From a virus, in UHGV virus genome UHGV-0119950: a DNA stretch of 53,290 nucleotides; one strand, 5' to 3'. The translations under genes were made by a program, and so were the position numbers. The notes beneath the pieces were generated by a model. It was not told the DNA's origin. It did no database searches and saw nothing but the letters and a program-made list of their open reading frames with translations. This document shows positions 17,083 to 24,385 of the stretch, piece by piece (positions within the stretch are counted from its first letter, which is position 1; each line of letters starts with the position of its first letter).

Positions 17083-19160
17083 GAAATAGCGAAATCATTG
17101 TTGATAATTTTGCTGGTGGCGGCGGTGCTTCCACTGGAATTGAGATGGCGACTGGCCGCAGCGTGGACATTGCGATTAACCACGATCCGAATGCCGTTGC
17201 GATGCACACGACAAACCACCCCAATACACTGCATTATTGCGAATCTGTCTACGATGTCAGGCCGAAGGTAGCGACCGCCGGGCGTCCGGTGGCGCTGGCG
17301 TGGTTCTCGCCGGATTGCCGTCACTTTTCAAAAGCCAAAGGTGCGAAGCCGGTAGAGAAAGCGATCCGGGGTCTGGCCTGGGTAGTTCTGCGCTGGGGGC
17401 TGGATGTAAAACCCCGGGTGATGAAACTGGAGAACGTCGAAGAATTTAAAACGTGGGGCCCTTTGCTCGCTGGTGAAATGAGGCCAGACCCGGCCCGTGC
17501 TGGAGAAAATTTTGAGGCGTTCATTGGTATGCTGACTACTGGCATCCGGGCTGACCACCCGGCACTGGCGGAGTGCTGTGAATTTCTGGGTATTTCTCTT
17601 GATAGTGAAGACGCCGCGAGGCTGATCAAAGGGCTGGGCTACATCGTCGAGTATCGCGAGTTGCGCGCCTGCGACTACGGTGCGCCGACGATCCGCAAGC
17701 GATTCTTTATGATTATGCGTTGTGACGGGAAACCGATTGTGTGGCCTGAGCCAACACATGGCGATCCGAAATCACCGGCTGTCCAGGCTGGTAAGCTGGC
17801 ACCGTGGCGCACAGCTGCGGAGTGCATAGACTGGACAATTCCGGCTCCATCGATATTCGATCGCAAAAAGCCGCTGGCAGAAAATACCCTTAAGCGCATC
17901 GCGCGCGGCATCCAGCGATTTGTTATCGACAGTGCGTCGCCGTTTATCGTGAAGTGCAACCACACCAGCAGCCGTTCAAGTTATGATTGTTTCCGTGGGC
18001 AGCCACTGGAAGAACCCCTGCAAACGATCACGAAAAAGCATGGTTACGCCGTCGCAGTACCACATCTGACGAAGTTCCGTACCGGCGCAACCGGGCAGGA
18101 AGTCACCGAACCTGTACCGACTGTAACAGCTGGCACGTCGGCGCGCCCGGGTGGGAATGGTCATGCGCTTGGTATCGTTGAAGCTGCGCTGACTCCGTTC
18201 CTGGCTGGTAATGGCGGCAGTGAGTACCAGGCTAAGCCGCGCCCGCTGGATAAACCAGCTCACACTATACTGAAACAATCCCGGGCATGTGTCGTTGCGC
18301 CGGTTATCGCCCGACAGTTTGGCGCCAGCACCGGCCACCGCGCAGATGAGCCGAACGCGACTATTACCGCTGGTGGCGGCGGTAAATCGCAACTTGTTAC
18401 ATCGACACTGATCCAGATGGGATACGGGGAAAGGCCAGGTCAGGAACCTCGCGTTCTCCAGATCGAAAAACCGTTAGGGACAGTAACCGCTGGTGGAAAC
18501 AAGTTCGCCGTGGCCAGCGCATTTCTGGCGAAGCACTACGGCGGCAACTATACGGGACCGGGCGTCGGGCTGGATGAGCCGACTCACTCAGTTACGACGG
18601 TTGATCATCATGCGGTTGTTGCGGCACATCTAATGGTGAACAACACCGGGCATCCTGGCGGCTCCGTGGACTCTCCAGCGCATACCGTTACAACAGGAAA
18701 TCACCATGCTGTAGTGACTTCTCATCTTGTGCATTTGCGAGGGTTCTGCAAAGACGGTCAAAAAATGGATCAGCCGGTGCCAACGATTACCGCCGGAGGC
18801 CAGCATGTTGGGGAGGTGAAAACCACTCTGGCAGTTGAGCACTACAACGAACAGCGCGCGCAACAGACGTTGGCGTTCCTGCGTGAATATTGCGGCGAAG
18901 ATTGTACCGGGCTGGTGGATATCGACGGGATCACATATCGTATTGTTGATATCGGAATGCGCATGCTGCAACCGCATGAGCTTTACCGCGCGCAGGGCTT
19001 CCCGGACTGGTACATCATCGATCGGGATTATCGCGGCGTGAAGTATGCAAAGGATAAGCAGGTTGCCCGCTGCGGTAATGCTGTGCCGCCACCGTTCGCC
19101 GAGGCTCTGGTAAGGGCCAATTTACCCGAACTTTGCCAGCCGAAAGAAATGGCAGCGTAA
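17079..19160 (+). CDS. DNA (cytosine-5) methyltransferase, 693 aa, with expanded repeat-containing variable region
   Basis: Motif I DNFAGGGG, motif IV FSPDCRHFS, motif VI KLENV, QGFPDWY and motif X GNAVPPPF. GTG start overlaps the upstream stop (GTGA). Confidence 0.92.
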   Translation: MRNSEIIVDNFAGGGGASTGIEMATGRSVDIAINHDPNAVAMHTTNHPNTLHYCESVYDVRPKVATAGRPVALAWFSPDCRHFSKAKGAKPVEKAIRGLAWVVLRWGLDVKPRVMKLENVEEFKTWGPLLAGEMRPDPARAGENFEAFIGMLTTGIRADHPALAECCEFLGISLDSEDAARLIKGLGYIVEYRELRACDYGAPTIRKRFFMIMRCDGKPIVWPEPTHGDPKSPAVQAGKLAPWRTAAECIDWTIPAPSIFDRKKPLAENTLKRIARGIQRFVIDSASPFIVKCNHTSSRSSYDCFRGQPLEEPLQTITKKHGYAVAVPHLTKFRTGATGQEVTEPVPTVTAGTSARPGGNGHALGIVEAALTPFLAGNGGSEYQAKPRPLDKPAHTILKQSRACVVAPVIARQFGASTGHRADEPNATITAGGGGKSQLVTSTLIQMGYGERPGQEPRVLQIEKPLGTVTAGGNKFAVASAFLAKHYGGNYTGPGVGLDEPTHSVTTVDHHAVVAAHLMVNNTGHPGGSVDSPAHTVTTGNHHAVVTSHLVHLRGFCKDGQKMDQPVPTITAGGQHVGEVKTTLAVEHYNEQRAQQTLAFLREYCGEDCTGLVDIDGITYRIVDIGMRMLQPHELYRAQGFPDWYIIDRDYRGVKYAKDKQVARCGNAVPPPFAEALVRANLPELCQPKEMAA

Positions 19161-19173
19161 TGTATAATCCCTC

Positions 19174-19377
19174 TCAAAGCATCGAGAGGGATTCGTTTTT
19201 CTTCGGTATCTCGCGCTGCGGACTGTAGAGTTTCCCGTTAATAACTATCCAGCTACCCTTAATCCACTTCGTGACCTGCTGTCGATTAACGCCCATATGT
19301 CTGGCGAACTCTGATTGATTTCCCTGGTGGTGAATAGCAATGTAATCGGTCAAGGTAAGAGCATTCATGTTATTCAC
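19174..19377 (-). CDS. Small HTH DNA-binding protein, 67 aa (Aca-like position)
   Basis: HTH NQSEFARHMGVNRQQVTKWIKG. Overlaps the stop of the upstream 156-aa gene by 8 nt. Confidence 0.75.
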   Translation of the reverse strand: MNNMNALTLTDYIAIHHQGNQSEFARHMGVNRQQVTKWIKGSWIVINGKLYSPQREIPKKNESLSML

Positions 19378-19840
19378 CTTTTACAGCAGGGTTGACGATC
19401 AGATAGCTGGTACCGTGCTCGTCTTCCATTTCTACAGCGTCGAAACCAAGATGGGCGGCAGCGCGACCTCTCAGGCGCTGCATTTCCCAACTAGCTGCTG
19501 CAAACTCATCCGCTGAATCAGTCCGAGGTGACAGAATATCAGCAAACGCGTCGTCACACTCATCGTCAGCCAGTGCGTATGCCAGCGCTTCCAGTTGTTC
19601 TTCGTCTGCTTCAACTTCACTACGCAGGAAACTTATGACATCAGCGATACGGTCGTGTAAGTCTCCATTATCTGCGATGATTTCAACGTTGTAGCTGTAA
19701 ACAAAATTACCGTGAGAGCCTGCAACATCGAAATCTGAGCAAGCAAAGATACCATCAAAAATATTGTCACCAGACATTGCGAAAGCGCCAACTTTGATTA
19801 CTGGAGCGGTGTTTTCGTATGAGCCGTGAAACAGTTTCAT
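19370..19840 (-). CDS. Hypothetical 156-aa protein with N-terminal FHGS motif and acidic centre; candidate anti-defence / ADP-ribosyltransferase-like
   Basis: MKLFHGSYEN..., acidic EVEADEEQLEALAYALADDECDD, C-terminal LGFDAVEMEDEHGTSYLIV. First gene of a two-gene operon with the HTH gene. Confidence 0.7.
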   Translation of the reverse strand: MKLFHGSYENTAPVIKVGAFAMSGDNIFDGIFACSDFDVAGSHGNFVYSYNVEIIADNGDLHDRIADVISFLRSEVEADEEQLEALAYALADDECDDAFADILSPRTDSADEFAAASWEMQRLRGRAAAHLGFDAVEMEDEHGTSYLIVNPAVKGE

Positions 19841-19872
19841 GATGATTGTCCATTTTGTTTGTGTAAGTGTAT

Positions 19873-19893
19873 TGTAATCAATAAATGATTACA
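19873..19893. promoter_or_regulatory. Perfect 8-bp inverted repeat TGTAATCA-N5-TGATTACA; candidate operator
   Basis: Lies 33 nt upstream of the 156-aa gene start, in a divergent intergenic region. Not a LexA box (no CTGT-N8-ACAG). Confidence 0.55.
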
Positions 19894-19971
19894 TTCAAGT
19901 GACTTTTATCACGGATCGGAAAGACATTGGTACGTGTATAATGATAAAAAATGAATACCGTAGGGGATTGC

Positions 19972-20229
19972 ATGTCAGACTGGAATATCGCAGCAAAATA
20001 GAAAGAAGAGCAGGACAAGGTTAATGTTGATCTGGCCGCCAGCGGCGTTGCGTATAAAGAGCGCCTGAACATGCCGGTTGTTGCTGAAGTGGTGATGCGT
20101 GAGCAGCCGGAGCACTTGCGCGACTATTTCATTGAGCGCGTCAGATACTATCGTGAGCAAAGCCTGAAGCTACCGAAATCATCCGATCCGCGCTACATCG
20201 AAATGGCTGAGCAGAACGCCAAAAAGTAA
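19972..20229 (+). pseudogene. 85-codon reading frame interrupted by an in-frame TAG at codon 10 (19999-20001)
   Basis: ATG TCA GAC TGG AAT ATC GCA GCA AAA TAG AAA GAA GAG... continues in the same frame to TAA at 20227, followed by a strong terminator. An internal ATG at 20071 could still give 52 aa. Confidence 0.5.
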
Positions 20230-20248
20230 CTGAACATGGAATGAACTC

Positions 20249-20271
20249 AACCCGCTTCGGCGGGTTTTTTT
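20249..20271 (+). terminator. Intrinsic terminator
   Basis: CCCGC-TTCG-GCGGG followed by T7. Confidence 0.85.
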
Positions 20272-20342
20272 ACGCCTGAAATTTGTGTCTACGGGTTAAC
20301 AATTCGTGCTCTTAAAACGTTGATCATTTCGTTTTATAGGTA

Positions 20343-20362
20343 TACTGTATAAAAATACAGTA
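20343..20362. promoter_or_regulatory. LexA (SOS) box
   Basis: TACTGTATAAAAATACAGTA fits TACTGT-N8-ACAGTA. Overlaps the -10 region of a promoter (TTGATC at 20320-20325). Confidence 0.85.
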
Positions 20363-20380
20363 TACGCAATGGAGGCCACT

Positions 20381-20614
20381 ATGAAAGTTGAGTTAACTAT
20401 TGATCGAACAAAGAAACTTCCTGATGGTGCAGTGCCAGCACTTGAAAAAGAATTGCTTAAACGACTGAATAATCAGTATGAGAATTGCAGCCTGACAATC
20501 CGTCGCGCCGGATCAGATGGACTGAGCGTTTTCGGTGGCGATAAGGACGATAAAAAGAAAATTGAAAAGATCCTCCAGGAGACCTGGGAAAGCGCTGACG
20601 ACTGGTTTTACTAA
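20381..20614 (+). CDS. dinI: DinI-family protein
   Basis: MKVELTIDRTKKLPDGAVPALEKELLKRL...KKIEKILQETWESADDWFY parallels E. coli DinI (…RISEILQETWESADDWFVSE, from memory). SD GGAGG. LexA box upstream. Confidence 0.9.
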   Translation: MKVELTIDRTKKLPDGAVPALEKELLKRLNNQYENCSLTIRRAGSDGLSVFGGDKDDKKKIEKILQETWESADDWFY

Positions 20615-20730
20615 CATTGCGCTTGGGGCTGGCGCGCATTTTTCAGAATACCGCAATTTGCGTATCCCTTTGATGCTGCTGCCGACAATTTTTAACCGCG
20701 TCTGTATGTCGCTCGAAGGGAGAACAGAAT

Positions 20731-20979
20731 GTGAGTAATTCAGCTTTGCAAACGTCAGAAGATAACTGGTATGACATTGTAAGACGGTCTGACGGCTGCG
20801 TGGTGTTTAGCTTTCCTTCGTCGGGCAGGCATCTTATCTATCGCGTCAATGGCATGGTTTCCATGCGGCCTTTGCTGGATGATGAAGAAGTCTTTACTCC
20901 CAATGGCTTTATGCAATTTATTCGCCGTCTCGGCTACCGGGTAACGCCGCCTTCTGATAATATGAAATCAACGGTCTGA
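20731..20979 (+). CDS. Hypothetical 82-aa protein downstream of dinI-like gene (antirepressor candidate, inference only)
   Basis: GTG start with SD GGGAG. Same orientation as dinI, with no strong terminator between. Confidence 0.55.
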   Translation: MSNSALQTSEDNWYDIVRRSDGCVVFSFPSSGRHLIYRVNGMVSMRPLLDDEEVFTPNGFMQFIRRLGYRVTPPSDNMKSTV

Positions 20980-21016
20980 ACAGCCGTTAACCTGCTGCGC
21001 CACGGAGTGAACAACC

Positions 21017-21616
21017 ATGGCGCAATTACAACTCATTAAGCAGTCAACAGGAATCCTGATCCCCGCGACGCCGGAGACCAGTGATTTTCTGCAATCAAAA
21101 TGCAAGCTCGGCTCCGTTCTGGTTGCCGACTTTAAGCTTGTCCGCAATCCGGCGTTTCATCGCCGTTTCTTTGCGCTCCTGAATCTTGGATTCGAATACT
21201 GGGAACCAACGGGCGGCGCCATATCAGCTAACGAGCGAAAACTGGTGAATGGTTACGCCAGATTCCTGGCATCGTATGGCGGGAATGAAGGGGCGTTGCT
21301 GGATGCTGCTGAGCAGTATCTGGAGCAGATCGCCAGTCGCCGTATCACGAACGGAATCAGCCTGTGTAAATCCTTTGATGCATACCGCGCCTGGGTAACT
21401 GTCGAGGCCGGTCACTTTGACGCCATCCAGTTACCAGATGGCACGCTCCGCAAACACCCTCGCAGCATCGCGTTCTCCAGTATGGACGAAACCGAATTCC
21501 AGCATCTCTATAAGGCCGCGCTCGATGTCCTGTGGCGCTGGATATTGTCCCGTACCTTCAACAGCAGGGAAGAGGCTGAGAACGCCGCCGCCCAGCTCAT
21601 GAGCTTTGCGGGGTAA
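21017..21616 (+). CDS. DUF1367-like phage protein
   Basis: 199 aa. Its position upstream of the YbcO-like/RusA/Q genes and its sequence character match the lambdoid DUF1367 family as remembered. Confidence 0.65.
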   Translation: MAQLQLIKQSTGILIPATPETSDFLQSKCKLGSVLVADFKLVRNPAFHRRFFALLNLGFEYWEPTGGAISANERKLVNGYARFLASYGGNEGALLDAAEQYLEQIASRRITNGISLCKSFDAYRAWVTVEAGHFDAIQLPDGTLRKHPRSIAFSSMDETEFQHLYKAALDVLWRWILSRTFNSREEAENAAAQLMSFAG

Positions 21617-21822
21617 TGGCGATGAAGTATTCATATTTTCATCACACGGAATGCACCACCGAGCAGGCAGAGCGCCTGATTGCCGATTATCAGTCTCGCG
21701 GCGTCAGAGCCCAAAAGAGCCTCAATCCTGATTTCCTGACCTGGACAGTCAGCGCGAAATTACAAGAGTGCGAACGTCCGGCGCGGACGCCGAGAACCTT
21801 CCGACAAAAAGGATGGGGGTGA
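21616..21822 (+). CDS. Hypothetical protein
   Basis: 68-aa ORF, TAATG coupling. Confidence 0.5.
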   Translation: MAMKYSYFHHTECTTEQAERLIADYQSRGVRAQKSLNPDFLTWTVSAKLQECERPARTPRTFRQKGWG

Positions 21823-21824
21823 GC

Positions 21825-22115
21825 ATGGCTAACCTTCGAAAAGCTGCGCGTGGACGGGAATGCCAGGTGCGTATTCCGGGAGTATGCAACGGCAACCCCG
21901 AGACATCTGTGCTGGCCCATATCCGCATCGCTGGGTTATGTGGCACCGGCATCAAACCGCCAGACCTTATCGCGACTATCGCATGCTCATCATGCCATGA
22001 CGAGATTGATCGCCGAACTCATCTGGTTGATGCGGAATATGCGAAGGAGTGCGCGCTGGAGGGGATGGCCCGAACTCAGGTTATCTGGTTGAAGGAGGGT
22101 CTCATAAAATCATGA
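21825..22115 (+). CDS. YbcO/DUF1364-like putative nuclease (Cys4)
   Basis: MANLRKAARGRECQVRIPGVCNGNPETSVLAHIR...CSSCHDEID. Start at ATG 21825 rather than the upstream track start. Confidence 0.7.
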   Translation: MANLRKAARGRECQVRIPGVCNGNPETSVLAHIRIAGLCGTGIKPPDLIATIACSSCHDEIDRRTHLVDAEYAKECALEGMARTQVIWLKEGLIKS

Positions 22116-22468
22116 CAGTCTACGACATCACGCCGATCGGCAAGCCCAGAATGACTCAGCGCGACAGATGGCACAAACGGCCAGCGACAGAGGCGTACTG
22201 GTCATACAAATCGCAGGTGCGTCTGCTGGGCATCGAGTTACCGGAAGCCGGTTATCACATCACATTTGTTATCCCTATGCCTCGAAGCTGGAGCAAGAAG
22301 AAGCGCGCACAACACGCCGGGCAGCCACATCAGCAGAAGCCAGACAAAGACAATCTGGAAAAGGCGCTGCTGGATGCAGTGTTTGATGAAGATAGTCACG
22401 TCTGGGATGGCCGGGTAACAAAAATCTGGGGCGAGAGAGGGCAGATCATCATCGAGGAGGCAAAGTGA
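22112..22468 (+). CDS. rusA: Holliday junction resolvase RusA
   Basis: 118 aa. GKPRMTQRDRW...PDKDNLEKALLDAV..D is typical of RusA. ATGA coupling. Confidence 0.88.
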   Translation: MTVYDITPIGKPRMTQRDRWHKRPATEAYWSYKSQVRLLGIELPEAGYHITFVIPMPRSWSKKKRAQHAGQPHQQKPDKDNLEKALLDAVFDEDSHVWDGRVTKIWGERGQIIIEEAK

Positions 22469-22611
22469 AGCCTGAGGTTATTGAGTCTCTTCGCTGGCGC
22501 TGGCTGCGTCTCCGCATTTATCGCTACCGGGGATCTTTTCCTGTGGCATACCGCATCCTTCGCAATTACATCCGCATTGAAGAAAAACGGGAGCATCAAA
22601 ATGAATCTTGA
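22465..22611 (+). CDS. Possible 48-aa basic protein (VKPEVIESLRWRWLRLRIYRYRGSFPVAYRILRNYIRIEEKREHQNES)
   Basis: GTG overlaps the rusA stop (GTGA) and fills the rusA-Q gap. Below the track cutoff; no other support. Confidence 0.3.
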   Translation: MKPEVIESLRWRWLRLRIYRYRGSFPVAYRILRNYIRIEEKREHQNES

Positions 22612-23407
22612 GTCCTTACCAAAATATTTTTCGCCTAAATCCATGATGCTCGGCGCTGTTCCATGCGGAATTTCAGCAGACACGCTGACTATTACTGACG
22701 TAATGGCATCCCTCGGGCTACTTACTGCAAAAGCAGCGGTGGGTATTGAATTGTATCTGGCAAAAGCCGGGGTTTTATCCTCAGACAATATCATTGCCTA
22801 CATTAAGAAGCTGGCAGAGCAACGAGCAGAACGCCACGGAAAACTCAAAAAAATGGAAGAGAATGAGCGCTCAAAATTTCTCGATACTATGGCGCGTTAT
22901 GTGTTTCGCGATTATTCCCTCAGTGCGGCCAGTCTGATCACTTGCCCGGATTGCCACGGACAGAAGTTTATTGATGCTGAGGTTTTCACGAACAAGGTTA
23001 CTTTCCCGGATGGTAAGCCACCAAAATGGGTAAAAGATACGAAAGGTATTTCTCCGTCAGACTGGGAGGTGTGGAAATCAGTACGTGAGCAAGTGCGCGT
23101 CGTGTGTAAGACGTGCGATGGTAAAGGCCATGTGAAAAACGAATGCCGTTGCCGGGGGCGCGGAGAAATTCTCGATAAGAAAAAATCAGAGTTGCAGGGC
23201 GTTCCGGTTTATAAAAAATGCCCGAGATGCAAGGGAAGAGGTCACCCACGCCTCAAAGATACCGAGATTTTTAAAGCGCTGGGAATAACGGAAATGGTAT
23301 GGCGGTACAACTATAAACAGTTTTTCGATCGGCTGGTGGAGCATTGCCATATTGAGGAATCGTATGCAGAAAAGGTTCTGGGAAACGTGACCCGATGGCC
23401 AGCATAA
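22601..23407 (+). CDS. Late-gene antiterminator Q-like protein with DnaJ-type Cys-rich repeats
   Basis: 268 aa from the ATG at 22601 (SD GGGAG). Last gene before the late promoter/terminator cluster and lysis genes. CPDCHGQK, CKTCDGKG, CRCRGRG, CPRCKGRG. Confidence 0.75.
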   Translation: MNLESLPKYFSPKSMMLGAVPCGISADTLTITDVMASLGLLTAKAAVGIELYLAKAGVLSSDNIIAYIKKLAEQRAERHGKLKKMEENERSKFLDTMARYVFRDYSLSAASLITCPDCHGQKFIDAEVFTNKVTFPDGKPPKWVKDTKGISPSDWEVWKSVREQVRVVCKTCDGKGHVKNECRCRGRGEILDKKKSELQGVPVYKKCPRCKGRGHPRLKDTEIFKALGITEMVWRYNYKQFFDRLVEHCHIEESYAEKVLGNVTRWPA

Positions 23408-23415
23408 TTTAGCTA

Positions 23416-23444
23416 TTGCAAAATTAACGGAAAATGGCTAACCT
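23416..23444 (+). promoter_or_regulatory. Candidate late promoter (PR'-like)
   Basis: TTGCAA (23416-23421), a 17-nt spacer, then TAACCT (23439-23444). A terminator about 50 nt downstream would give a short 6S-like transcript unless antiterminated. Confidence 0.4.
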
Positions 23445-23494
23445 GATTCCAACGATGGGTTGTTACGCCTGTGACGTTATAAGAATTAAAAAAA

Positions 23495-23520
23495 CCTCGC
23501 TTCGGCGGGGTTTTCTTTTA
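23495..23520 (+). terminator. Intrinsic terminator (tR'-like)
   Basis: CCTCGC-TTCG-GCGGGG followed by TTTTCTTTT. Confidence 0.8.
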
Positions 23521-23671
23521 TGGATTACCGACGCCAATAAGACAAAGTGCGGGGAGTGTTGCGGAGCCTACATGTTCCAGCCGACCGCAAAAGCTCACAT
23601 GGGCAGGACCACAATCTGATACCGCGATAGCTTTTGCTGATTGCGCCGGAGCGGTAACCGGCAACAATTTT

Positions 23672-23698
23672 AAGCCTCGGTGATTGCCGGGGCTTTTT
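23672..23698 (+). terminator. Intrinsic terminator
   Basis: AGCCTCGG-TGATTG-CCGGGGCT followed by TTTTT. Confidence 0.7.
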
Positions 23699-23918
23699 GC
23701 TTTTTAAACACAATGGAAAGCCTTCTTTCATGCCCTGCTTAGGCGCAACACTAAGTATTCGGGAGGGCTGGCTTCCCATTGTGGTGAATGCGCAGGCTGA
23801 TGCGCTAAGCGGCAAAATAATCGGGATGAGACAGGCCACCTATCCGCTGTTTTTCCAGCTTTGACTGGTAACACTCTAAACAAGCCGGAGATCAGCACCG
23901 GCCACCACAATCATTTTT

Positions 23919-23946
23919 AAGGCTGCCACTCGGCGGCCCTTTTTTA
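23919..23946 (+). terminator. Intrinsic terminator
   Basis: GGCTGCC-ACTC-GGCGGCC followed by CTTTTTTATT. The same stem sequence recurs at 32200-32217. Confidence 0.75.
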
Positions 23947-23992
23947 TTTCCCCTCGTACTGAGAGGACTCACAGCAATTAAGAGGGGGCTAA

Positions 23993-24385
23993 ATGTCCGA
24001 TCCTGTAACTGGCACCGGTGCTGTACTCAGCGGAGGTCTGTTGGGCTCCGTTGCATATGGCGTATTTACTCACACCGATTTTGGCGTCGTTTTTGGCGCG
24101 TTTGGCGGCGCCGTATTTTACGTCGCAACTGCGGCTAACCTGACCCGAATTCGCCTTACCGCATATTTTTTGACGTCCTTTATCGTTGGGGTGCTCGGCG
24201 CGGGGTTAGTGGGTTCGAAACTTTCAGCCTGGACGGGGTACAGTGACCGGCCACTTGATGCGCTTGGCGCCGTGATTATGTCTGCCATCACCATAAAAGT
24301 GCTGACGTTCATCAACGGCCAGGATCTGAACAGTTTGTTCGGTATGCTTTCGCGGCTTCGCGGAGGAGGGGGAAATGGTAAGTGA
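23993..24385 (+). CDS. Putative holin / holin-like membrane protein
   Basis: 130 aa with several Gly/Ala-rich hydrophobic segments. First gene of the lysis cassette. Strong SD AAGAGGGGG. Confidence 0.65.
   Translation: MSDPVTGTGAVLSGGLLGSVAYGVFTHTDFGVVFGAFGGAVFYVATAANLTRIRLTAYFLTSFIVGVLGAGLVGSKLSAWTGYSDRPLDALGAVIMSAITIKVLTFINGQDLNSLFGMLSRLRGGGGNGK

Noticed and set aside
19878-20160. Minus-strand ORFs of 64 and 61 aa in the divergent region upstream of the acr-like gene
   Set aside because: They overlap the plus-strand amber-interrupted frame, which is followed by a proper terminator. They lack an SD and have an odd composition.
23434-23619. 61-aa plus-strand ORF just after Q
   Set aside because: It runs straight through the tR'-like terminator hairpin (23495-23520), has no SD, and lies in the expected untranslated late leader.
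23408-23992. Search for tRNA genes between Q and the lysis genes (common in Stx-type lambdoid phages)
   Set aside because: No GTTCGAATC/T-loop-like box and no cloverleaf-compatible pairing was seen. The hairpins present are followed by T-runs and behave as terminators.
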